A DNA stretch of 64,000 nucleotides from a virus (lineage: Duplodnaviria > Caudoviricetes): the IMG/VR virus record IMGVR_UViG_3300048998_000202. One strand, given 5' to 3'. The notes under the pieces were generated by a model. It was given only the letters and a program-made list of their open reading frames with translations, was not told where the DNA came from and searched no databases. The position numbers and the translations under genes were made by a program. This document shows, in pieces, positions 44,940 to 52,825 of the stretch. How positions within the stretch are numbered: position 1 is the first letter of the stretch; each line of letters begins with the position of its first letter.

Positions 44940-45967
44940 CAGGACCTCCCCGACTCCATCTCGTGGAACGGGTGGGCGCCTCCCAGGGGAAAGTTGTCGG
45001 CGATCATCTCGCCCTGGGAACTCATCCGGTGCAGTTGGATACCGCGCTCGACCGCGTTGAGCTTCGCGTCCAGGTCGAGAAGGACGTACGACTTGCTGGA
45101 CTTACCAGAACCCCCCGAGGACCTGGAAGCCGACGGGTCGCAGTCCAGGCCGTACACGATGGTCCCCGTGGGCGGCAGGTAGTCACGGTAGGAGTAGTGC
45201 AGGTGCCCGTGGACGTAGACGTCCGGGATGACAGCGTCCACGACGGACTGGAGCCTCTCCTGGTTGGGCCAGCACTCCTCCAGGTCCTTGCGGTTCCAGT
45301 CGGGCCGGGCGTCCCGGGGCTTGTCGTGGGCCAGCATGACGTTCACCGGACCGCCCACCATGGCGTCCCGCATCTCCTGCTCTGAGATCTCCTCCTGGTG
45401 CCACCAGCTCCACTGGCGCTTCTCGACGAGATAGAGCTCTTTCGGAGTCAGCCGCATCTCCAGCCGCAGGCGCCTCTGGGCTCGCTCCAGGTTCGCCTCG
45501 TCATCCCAGACGCGGCCGTCCTTGTCGATCGAGTAGGCGCCTCCCAAGGACAGGAACTTCACACCGCTCCACGTCCAGCGGTGACCTCGGGGCGAGTAGA
45601 ACAAGCCCGGCTGGATCTCCAGGAAACCGTCAGCCGTCATCGGCTTGGTGGCCTCCCACTCGAACAGCAGGTCGTAGTTGTCGTGGTTGCCCGCCAGGAA
45701 CACCACCGGGCACTTGTACCGGTTGGCGAACTGGGAGACATGATCGGTGAACTTGCCGCCATCGAGGTGGTTCCAGATGCCGAAGTCGCCCAGGACGAAG
45801 ACGGCATCGGCGTCCCTGTCGCACGCCTCTGCCACCAGCGTCTTGACGTGGTTGGCGTCGCCGTGGGTGTCTCCGGCCAGCAGGATCTTGCGGGGTTGCT
45901 CTACGGCGTTGCTCTCGTACGTCACCGCGTCCGGCAAGCGCTCGGGCTTGGTGTATCTGTCGACCAT
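44939..45967 (-). CDS. calcineurin-like metallophosphoesterase
   Basis: GDTHG, LGDFG, GNHD, GGAYSIDK, HGHLH; ATG 45967 coupled by TAATG. Confidence 0.9.
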   Translation of the reverse strand: MVDRYTKPERLPDAVTYESNAVEQPRKILLAGDTHGDANHVKTLVAEACDRDADAVFVLGDFGIWNHLDGGKFTDHVSQFANRYKCPVVFLAGNHDNYDLLFEWEATKPMTADGFLEIQPGLFYSPRGHRWTWSGVKFLSLGGAYSIDKDGRVWDDEANLERAQRRLRLEMRLTPKELYLVEKRQWSWWHQEEISEQEMRDAMVGGPVNVMLAHDKPRDARPDWNRKDLEECWPNQERLQSVVDAVIPDVYVHGHLHYSYRDYLPPTGTIVYGLDCDPSASRSSGGSGKSSKSYVLLDLDAKLNAVERGIQLHRMSSQGEMIADNFPLGGAHPFHEMESGRS

Positions 45968-46428
45968 TACTCGTCCATTCCGGGTTCGCCGATGACGCGG
46001 TACAGCCGGGCTTCCAAGAGCACGAGCTGGATGACCACCGAGAGCTGCTCGCCGTCGATCGCGTTGTTCTGGACCAGCGCGTAGGCCATGCGCTCGATGT
46101 CGGCGAGGGTGTAGAAGCGGTTGCCCTTCTCCGTGCGCTTGGGCTCCAGCAGGAGTCCGTTGAGCACGAAGTAGCCCTGCGGGTAGTGGGGCTCGGCGGC
46201 CCGGTACCTCCAGCGCAGCCAGTCGCTGCCCTTGCCGAAGAACAGCTTGGCCGTCTCTTGCACGGTGTAGCTCGGCCGAGGCATCCCCGTACCGGACTTC
46301 GGGAACATCGTGTCCCACAGGTAGAAGGACAGGCCGATCTTCGGGTCCTCCTGCGGGGCGAGACCGAAGGACTCGATGTCGTCCAGGGTGAAGACCACCT
46401 GGTCTTGGCTTTCGGGGACGTTCTTCAT
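45967..46428 (-). CDS. MerR/Xis/BldC-like HTH DNA-binding protein
   Basis: YTVQETAKLF....WLRW......RTEKGNRFYTLADIE. Confidence 0.75.
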   Translation of the reverse strand: MKNVPESQDQVVFTLDDIESFGLAPQEDPKIGLSFYLWDTMFPKSGTGMPRPSYTVQETAKLFFGKGSDWLRWRYRAAEPHYPQGYFVLNGLLLEPKRTEKGNRFYTLADIERMAYALVQNNAIDGEQLSVVIQLVLLEARLYRVIGEPGMDE

Positions 46429-46444
46429 GGTTCCTCCTACGCAA

Positions 46445-46478
46445 GGGGCCGGGGTGGCCCAATGGGCTCCCCGGCCCC
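46445..46478. terminator. hairpin
   Basis: GGGGCCGGGG...CCCCGGCCCC. Confidence 0.55.
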
Positions 46479-46493
46479 AGTGGGGTGCGACTA

Positions 46494-47231
46494 CTACTTC
46501 TTCTTGATGGCGCGCAGGTACAGCGCGCAGCCGTTCCGCCCCCGCTTGACGATCCTCGCCAACATGCTGGCGTCACCGGTCCGCAGGACGTACGCGCGGA
46601 TCTTCTCCGCGTCCGGGACCCGCCGGACCACCGTGACGGCCTTGTAGGTCTTCTCGTCGATCTCCCCGGCCTCGTACGCCCGGTCGATGGCGCCCAGGTC
46701 CCGGGACAACCGGCCCGAGGAGAACTGGTTGGAGAACTGCTTGGTGCTGCCCGGGATCACCGTGACCTGGGGCTCACCCTTGGCCGCCAGGATGTAGTGG
46801 CCCTTGGCGTCCCGCTCGGTCGCGGTGGCCACGAGGTTGCCGTTGAGGAAGACGTCCTTGGCGAACGCCAGACCCTTCTCCTCGGCGTCCACGTCCTGGT
46901 GGGTCCGGACGATCTCCTTGACCTGCTCCTCGCGCTTGCCGATGAGCTTGACGACCTCCTGGAGCGCCTCGTACTCGGCACCGATCGCGGCGACCTCGTC
47001 CTCGGTCAGGGCTCGCCGATCGACAACGATGGTCTTGTTGAACGTGGCCGACAGGGTCCGCAGCGCGTCGCGGATCTCCTTGGTCGCGGTCAGCGCCTCG
47101 GGCACCTCGGGGAATTCCTCGGGCGCGTTGTCCTGGGGTATGGCACCCAGGAGCTTCTCGGCGAGGTCCTCGATCGTGGCGTCCTTCAGCACGATGCGCT
47201 GGGTACGGGTGACGGGGACGAGCTGGGTCAC
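46494..47231 (-). CDS. hypothetical protein (strong codon bias)
   Basis: GGAGG-GTG start, leader motif and operator upstream. Confidence 0.8.
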   Translation of the reverse strand: MTQLVPVTRTQRIVLKDATIEDLAEKLLGAIPQDNAPEEFPEVPEALTATKEIRDALRTLSATFNKTIVVDRRALTEDEVAAIGAEYEALQEVVKLIGKREEQVKEIVRTHQDVDAEEKGLAFAKDVFLNGNLVATATERDAKGHYILAAKGEPQVTVIPGSTKQFSNQFSSGRLSRDLGAIDRAYEAGEIDEKTYKAVTVVRRVPDAEKIRAYVLRTGDASMLARIVKRGRNGCALYLRAIKKK

Positions 47232-47270
47232 AGTGACCTCCGGGTCGAGACGATCTCTGGCGTTACCGCC

Positions 47271-47291
47271 ACTCTACAAGAATCCTTGGAG
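47271..47291 (-). promoter_or_regulatory. operator copy abutting -10 TAGAGT
   Basis: CTCCAAGGATTCTTG-TAGAGT. Confidence 0.6.
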
Positions 47292-47317
47292 TATCGCTAC
47301 TCCCCCTGCATACAAGA

Positions 47318-47348
47318 AAGGATCCCCTCCCACAAGGAGAGGGGATCC
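47318..47348 (-). terminator. intrinsic terminator
   Basis: GGATCCCCCTCTCC-TTGTG-GGAGGGGATCC-TTTCTT on minus strand. Confidence 0.7.
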
Positions 47349-47370
47349 ATCCGGGTCTTCTAGAGACCCT

Positions 47371-47436
47371 CCCTGCCATGCCATGACCTGCCACACCCTG
47401 CCAAGCCCTACCGGGCCGAGCCCTGCCACACCTTGC
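47371..47436 (-). repeat. degenerate pentanucleotide (GGYNN)n tract
   Basis: GG dinucleotide every 5 nt, about 12 units. Confidence 0.8.
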
Positions 47437-47449
47437 GACCCTGACTCTA

Positions 47450-47713
47450 TCAAGACTTAGGCGGATCATCCGTCTCGGGATAGATCTGGTTGTGGACTTC
47501 CACATAGTGGGCCCCTTCCAGCAGCGAGGCGTTGCCCGGCTTCCACGACCAGAAGAAGCTGTCGTCCACCACGACCTTCACTCGCTGCCCCAGACCCCTC
47601 AGGTCTTCCAATCGCCAGACGTACTTCACCGAGGGGTCCCTGGGGTTGATCTCCCTCTCCCTGCACCAGTCCTCGAACTGGTGCAGGGAGTTGGTGAGAA
47701 CCAGGGTGATCAT
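47450..47713 (-). CDS. small hypothetical protein
   Basis: TGATG-coupled start 47713. Confidence 0.65.
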   Translation of the reverse strand: MITLVLTNSLHQFEDWCREREINPRDPSVKYVWRLEDLRGLGQRVKVVVDDSFFWSWKPGNASLLEGAHYVEVHNQIYPETDDPPKS

Positions 47714-49728
47714 CAGGCGGCCTGTCCGAAGGGGCGGCCCTCGAAGAACGCCTGCACGTCGGCGAGCTCGGTGGAGACCGGGAAGTCCGGCAGCGCGGTG
47801 ACGATGCCCCGGCCGTACGGGGTGCTGGTCAGACGAGAGTCCAGAACGGCCACCACACCCCGGTCGGTGGTGGTACGGATCAGGCGGCCGATGGCCTGCT
47901 CCAGAGACAGGGTCATCATCGGGATGGCCAGCGAGCTGAAGGGACGGCGTCCAGCCCGCTCCTCGGCCAGCGAGCGGGCCCGGTAGATCGGGTCGGACGG
48001 AACCGGGAACGGGAGCTTGTCGATGATCACCAGGCGACACGCATTGCCCGGGATGTCCACCCCGACGAAGAAGCTCTTCAAGGCGAACAACACGCTGTGC
48101 TCGTCCTCCCTGAAGATCCGGGCGAGCTGCTTGTTGCTCCGACCATCACCTTGCATCATCGTGGTCAGCCCCCGGTCGGCCAGGCGGTCCGCCAGGTCTT
48201 CGTACGCAGCCTCCATGGCCTTCCTGGAGGTGTAGAGCAGCAAGGCGCCACCCTGGGCCGCGTCGACCAGGGAGAGAGTCGTCTGAACCGCGTAGCCGCT
48301 CCAGGAGGCGTACTCCTTGGGCGAGGGCACCGCCGGTCCAGGGACGAACATGCCGCCCTGCTTCCGGAGATCGAAGGGGGTGCCGACGTCGACCGTCCCG
48401 GCGTCCCACAGGCCCAGGGTGCGCTTGATGTAGGTGAAGTCGCCGTTGCCCTGGCGGTCCTTGCCCGCCGAAAGAGTCGCGGACATCACGATCGAGGGGG
48501 TCTCGTCCCAGAGCATCTTCTTCAGGAAGGGGGCGACGTCCACGGGGGCGATCTTCAGGCGCCAGTAGTCGTTGTCCCGGACCTTGTAGCCCTCGACCCA
48601 GCGGACACGCTCGTGGTCCTCGGAGAGCAGCAGCTCCTCCAGGGTCTCCAAGGCGTTGCGGATCCGGGCCTGGAGCAGCTTGAGCTTGGCCTGCTGCCGG
48701 TCGTGGTCGACTTCGATCTTGATCCCGGTGAGGTCCAGGTAGACCGACTTCAGCAGGTCGCCCAGGTCCGCGAAGGGCTCGAAGTTCTCGGTGAACCAGC
48801 TCTGGGTCAGCGCGTTGCCGACCAGCTCGGACATCAGTCCGTCCATCCGGTTCATGATCAGCACGCAGGAGTCGACACGGTCGGTCAGGTCACCACCGTG
48901 TACGGCCGTGAAGGTCATCGCGTCCCGGATCAGCAGGGAGACGCCGCGCGGGGTGAAGTCCCGGCCGAGCGCGTTGGCCGCGTACTCCGGCAGCTCGTGG
49001 CCCTCGTCGAAGAGCACCACCCCACGGTCGCCGAGCATGGTGAGCGGCGGGGTGTTCTCTCCCCGGGTCTTCTCCTGTATCACCAGGTCGGTCATCAGCA
49101 TGGCCTGGTTGGTGACCACCAGGTCGGATTCCAGGCCCTTGCGCTTGGCCTTCTCTGCGTAGCAGATCTCCCCGAAGGGGCACTCGGACTTCCCCGGGCA
49201 CTCGGCGGAGGAGCTGGCCAGCTTGGACCAGGTGAAGTTGTCGATCTCGACGTCAAAGTGCTCGCGGTCGCCGGAGTGCTCCTCGTCGACCTTCAGCTCG
49301 GCCCGGACGGCCTCGGCGGTCTCGTCACGCTCCATGTCGTCGCTGTTCAGCTTGACCTGGCAGGCGTAGTTGGAGCGGCCCTTGACCAGGGCCCAGGTGA
49401 AGGGGATGCCGGACTTCTCGGCCAGGAAGGGCAGGTCCTTGGTGGCGTACTGCTCCTGAAGGGCCTTGGTGGCCGTGGCGACAATGATGCGCTGGCCCTT
49501 GTGCAGCGCCTGGATCAGCGCCGGGGTGACCCCACCCAGGGACTTGCCGGTACCGCAGCCCGCCTGGACGTACAGGGACTCGCCCTTGGCCAGGGCCTGC
49601 TCGATCGCGGAGGCCATCTTCTGCTGCGGCTCGCGGGGCTCGTAGCCCGGCAGGTGCTTCGCGAAGTTCACCTCGACGGCGGAGAAGCTGGCGGGTATGT
49701 CGCGGGTCTCGGTCGGGGTGACGGTCAC
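47713..49728 (-). CDS. dinG: DinG/YoaA-family Fe-S helicase
   Basis: R..Q, AGCGTGKS, KGRSNYAC, C...CPF..CY, FDEGH, MSATL, QAIGRLIR. Confidence 0.9.
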   Translation of the reverse strand: MTVTPTETRDIPASFSAVEVNFAKHLPGYEPREPQQKMASAIEQALAKGESLYVQAGCGTGKSLGGVTPALIQALHKGQRIIVATATKALQEQYATKDLPFLAEKSGIPFTWALVKGRSNYACQVKLNSDDMERDETAEAVRAELKVDEEHSGDREHFDVEIDNFTWSKLASSSAECPGKSECPFGEICYAEKAKRKGLESDLVVTNQAMLMTDLVIQEKTRGENTPPLTMLGDRGVVLFDEGHELPEYAANALGRDFTPRGVSLLIRDAMTFTAVHGGDLTDRVDSCVLIMNRMDGLMSELVGNALTQSWFTENFEPFADLGDLLKSVYLDLTGIKIEVDHDRQQAKLKLLQARIRNALETLEELLLSEDHERVRWVEGYKVRDNDYWRLKIAPVDVAPFLKKMLWDETPSIVMSATLSAGKDRQGNGDFTYIKRTLGLWDAGTVDVGTPFDLRKQGGMFVPGPAVPSPKEYASWSGYAVQTTLSLVDAAQGGALLLYTSRKAMEAAYEDLADRLADRGLTTMMQGDGRSNKQLARIFREDEHSVLFALKSFFVGVDIPGNACRLVIIDKLPFPVPSDPIYRARSLAEERAGRRPFSSLAIPMMTLSLEQAIGRLIRTTTDRGVVAVLDSRLTSTPYGRGIVTALPDFPVSTELADVQAFFEGRPFGQAA

Positions 49729-49762
49729 TTGTGCCCTCCTCGGATCTTCTCTGGCAGACGCC

Positions 49763-49792
49763 AGACTACACCAACAATCCTTGGAGTGGGAA
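49763..49792 (-). promoter_or_regulatory. promoter/operator copy
   Basis: TTCCCA-CTCCAAGGATTGTTGGTG-TAGTCT. Confidence 0.7.
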
Positions 49793-49811
49793 GAGAGATT
49801 TTAAAAAGCCT

Positions 49812-49842
49812 GAACCCCCCGGACCAGAGGTTCGGGGGGTTC
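49812..49842. other. hairpin in the divergent intergenic region
   Basis: GAACCCCCCGGA-CCAGAGG-TTCGGGGGGTTC. Confidence 0.55.
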
Positions 49843-49857
49843 TAGTTCAGGGGCCAC

Positions 49858-50997
49858 TTGCGTGTACGATCCCCCACAGGCCGAGGTGCTGGGACGGGAA
49901 TCCCAACCACCTCACAGGCCAGCCCCACATCGACGAAAGACGGGCCTGCGTTGAAGTTGTCTTCACACCGTAGCGGAAGCATCCCGACGAGTCACGTCGA
50001 TCAAGGTGTTGACGACGTCAATGCCGACCATCCGGTCTACGACATCACCCGCGCACTCGCCGACGCGGTGGTCTCCCCCGCCGAAGCCCGGGTCGCCCTG
50101 GCGCTGGTCCTCCACAGCCCTCAGGGGCTACGACAGATCGAGCTGACGTCCGGGGTCTGCGACGACTCGATCCTGAAGATCCTCCCCGAGGCCGGGGCCG
50201 GGACGACGCTGCTCTCCTGTTCCAACCGAGGGCAGTTCTCGTATGACGAGACCGAACGCCGGGCCATGTCCCTGCACGTCAGGCGTTACCGGACATCGGT
50301 CGAGCACCTCTGGTTCTTCTCTTCTACTACTGCTAAAGAAGTCCAGGAGATTAAGGATTCTAAAGATCCTAAGAATGTAGAACCCAGAGGTGCTCGACCG
50401 ATGTCCGGTGTGGAACTGAAGGCCCTGGACCCAGCCCTGGACCTCTGGAACAACCCCTCGGAGTACCACCGAGGAGCTGAGCGCTTCGGGGATGCTGGAT
50501 GGGTCCTGGCCATGGTGACGAGGATGAAAGCAACCCCGTTCACTCTGGACGAGCTGAGCAGAATCCTCCGTGTGGGTGAACGGCAGGTCCGCCGGATCAT
50601 CGACCGCCTGGCCGCCTCGGGCTACGCCTCCCGGGTCCGGGAGGGCCGCAGGGTCCAGGTCCTCGTGGACTTCTCGTACCTGACGACCGAGGAAGGCCAG
50701 AACGACTACCTGAAGACCAACCGTCGGGCGGCGAAGACCCGGATCCAGCAGCACGAGGGGAACGCGGTCAAACGCCTGGGAACCAAGATCGGCAGGGACG
50801 TCCGAGAGATGTGGGAGCGCCGCAAGACGGAGCTTCAGATGTTCCGAGACTGGGCCGAGATGAGTGGCAGCCGCTGCTGGGCGCCCCTGATCAAGATCTT
50901 GGAGCACAAGTCCCGGAAGGAAGATCGGAAAAACGGCCTGACCCGCTGGGAGGCCGAGGACCGGATCTACAACTACTTGAAGCCCCTGACGGAGTAA
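49858..50997 (+). CDS. winged-HTH protein, putative replication initiator (true start probably downstream of 49858)
   Basis: TLDELSRILRVGERQVRRIIDRLAASGY wHTH; internal AT-rich segment. Confidence 0.6.
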   Translation: MRVRSPTGRGAGTGIPTTSQASPTSTKDGPALKLSSHRSGSIPTSHVDQGVDDVNADHPVYDITRALADAVVSPAEARVALALVLHSPQGLRQIELTSGVCDDSILKILPEAGAGTTLLSCSNRGQFSYDETERRAMSLHVRRYRTSVEHLWFFSSTTAKEVQEIKDSKDPKNVEPRGARPMSGVELKALDPALDLWNNPSEYHRGAERFGDAGWVLAMVTRMKATPFTLDELSRILRVGERQVRRIIDRLAASGYASRVREGRRVQVLVDFSYLTTEEGQNDYLKTNRRAAKTRIQQHEGNAVKRLGTKIGRDVREMWERRKTELQMFRDWAEMSGSRCWAPLIKILEHKSRKEDRKNGLTRWEAEDRIYNYLKPLTE

Positions 50998-51066
50998 GGT
51001 CCTGGACAAACAGAACGACCGCCCCACCTGTATGGGACGGTCGTACCGTGACACAAGGAGCATACC

Positions 51067-51963
51067 GTGACGATCGAGCGCAGGGCCTCGCCCTTCGACT
51101 CCATCCGGTACGTGGATCCGGACTTCGGCGAGTGCTGGTACGCCCGGGAACTGATGCCGCTGATGGGGTACTCCCTGTGGCGCCACTTCAACTCCGTCAT
51201 CGGCCGGGCCCGGACCTCCATGAGCAACGACGGCCACGACGTCCGGGAGCACTTCTGGCTGATCAAACGGCCTGCCGAGGTTAATGTCGACCGGTCGACA
51301 AAAACCTCTGACCAGGGAGGACGTCCCTCTGTCGACTTTCGACTGAGCCGCCACGCCTGCTACTTCATCGCCATGAACGGCGACCCGAAGAAAGAGCAGG
51401 TAGCGCTCGCGCAGGGCTACTTCGTCGGCCAGACGGTGAAGATGGAGCAGATCGAGAGGGCTATCCAGGCGCCCCCATCTCCTCCCGTGGCGCTTCCGCC
51501 GATGCCCAGTCACATCGAAGCCCTGCGGGGCTGGGCGGACGCCCTGGAGGGCCAGCAGAGGGCCGAGCAGGTCGCTCTGGAGGCCCAGCGCCTCGCGGAG
51601 GAACTGCGCCCCCCTGCGGAGGCGTGGAACGCCCTGGCGGCAGCCGGAGGGGACTGCTCGGTGGCCGAGGCCGCCGCGATCCTCAACCGGGATCCCGGCA
51701 TCGTCACCGGTCCGGCCCGGCTGTTCCGGTGGCTGCGTGAGATAGGCATCGTCTACCGGCGGCCCAACGATCAACTCGTGCCGTACTCCCAGCACCTGAC
51801 GCACGTACGGCTCCGGCCGACCAACGGGGGCGCCACCGAGGTCCGGATCACGCCGGACGGGCTGGTGTGGATTCAGCAGCGGATGCGTCAGGAGCAGCAG
51901 CGTCCGGCACTGACGATCGTGCCGGACCAGAAAGCCGATGTGGTTCCGATACGTAGGACCTGA
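51067..51963 (+). CDS. phage antirepressor (DinD/Bro-N + KilAC/ANT)
   Basis: WYARELMPLMGY..W..F, LSRHACYFIAMNGDPKK, EALRGWAD, SVAEAAAIL..RLFRWL..ITPDG. Confidence 0.9.
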   Translation: MTIERRASPFDSIRYVDPDFGECWYARELMPLMGYSLWRHFNSVIGRARTSMSNDGHDVREHFWLIKRPAEVNVDRSTKTSDQGGRPSVDFRLSRHACYFIAMNGDPKKEQVALAQGYFVGQTVKMEQIERAIQAPPSPPVALPPMPSHIEALRGWADALEGQQRAEQVALEAQRLAEELRPPAEAWNALAAAGGDCSVAEAAAILNRDPGIVTGPARLFRWLREIGIVYRRPNDQLVPYSQHLTHVRLRPTNGGATEVRITPDGLVWIQQRMRQEQQRPALTIVPDQKADVVPIRRT

Positions 51964-51979
51964 TAGAGTCAAGTCTTGC

Positions 51980-52033
51980 AGGGCACGGTAGGGCTAGGCT
52001 AGGCAAGGCCCGGCGCGGCAGGGCACGGCATGG
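51980..52033 (+). repeat. degenerate pentanucleotide (GGYNN)n tract
   Basis: GGCAC GGTAG GGCTA GGCTA GGCAA GGCCC GGCGC GGCAG GGCAC GGCAT GG. Confidence 0.85.
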
Positions 52034-52034
52034 A

Positions 52035-52062
52035 AGGGCGTCATCCTTCGGGGTGGCGCCCT
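52035..52062 (+). terminator. terminator with cUUCGg loop
   Basis: AGGGCGTCATCC-TTCG-GGGTGGCGCCCT. Confidence 0.75.
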
Positions 52063-52084
52063 CAGTCGTTTGACCACAGACATG

Positions 52085-52785
52085 GCGAAGGCCCCCAGCT
52101 CCACGAGTTGCTGGGGGCCCTGCTGTGCCCGGATCGGGGCCGCCCAGGCGGACGGGCTATGCTCCGCGTTCGCTGCCTCTGCGCTTGACGACGCAGTACC
52201 GGCGTAACGAGGACTTCCCCTACGCCCTTGTTTTCCGGGCTGGCAAGAGGACGTAGCTCGCCATGGTCGGCTCGGATGTGCGTCCGAGGTGCCCGGTCAC
52301 GCCGTCGAGTTCTCCCAAGACGGCGCGGATCTATGGTGCCCCGTTCCGGCCACAGGAGGGGCGGGCCTGCCGTTCGGACGGTCTAACGAGACCGCACGGC
52401 CTGAGACACGCGAGACCGTGCTTCCCCTCAGGGGCCGACTTCCCGGAACTCGAAGGGGAACCCAGGTCATCGGCTGATCTCACGTGCGTCTTGGGTGCCC
52501 CCATATGGCCACAGGAGGGGACGAACCTGATGTGCGGGAAACGGAAGCAACCCTGGCCGTGTGTCCGACAACTGCGAAGAAGCGGACACCGTACGGGGAA
52601 GGCGATTTGCACGCCGACACGAACTCCCTAGGTGGGACATCGGGAGGTGACGCGGGCTCCGCCCCGAACTCCCACCGGGGTTTCACCCTCCCCGCTCGGG
52701 CGACCAGAGACTTCTTCAGCTCCTGGTCGCCGTCGCGCCGTGCATCCTACCGAGCTGATCCACGAACATCGGCTCGGGCTGACGA
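52085..52785 (-). ncRNA. candidate large structured non-coding RNA (~700 nt)
   Basis: no credible ORF, ~10 hairpins, promoter at 52791-52820, terminal hairpin 52090-52119; strand inferred from promoter. Confidence 0.55.
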
Positions 52786-52790
52786 GAAAG

Positions 52791-52820
52791 ACGCTACTCC
52801 AACGAATGCCGGAGTAGCAA
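52791..52820 (-). promoter_or_regulatory. promoter/operator copy firing into a gene-free region
   Basis: TTGCTA-CTCCGGCATTCGTTGGAG-TAGCGT. Confidence 0.7.
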
Positions 52821-52825
52821 GTCGA

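Noticed and set aside
44939-46576. Extended N-termini given in the ORF track (also 39355-40950, 43480-44778, 54744-57146, 17491-21792)
   Set aside because: Extensions overlap other genes or intergenic signals; RBS-supported or coupled starts lie downstream
50128-51972. 614-aa minus-strand ORF
   Set aside because: Shadow of the two real plus-strand genes
52085-52785. tRNA cluster, tmRNA or RNase P identity for the structured region
   Set aside because: No TPsiC/CCA cloverleaf, tag frame or RNase P signature recognised by eye; needs cmscan
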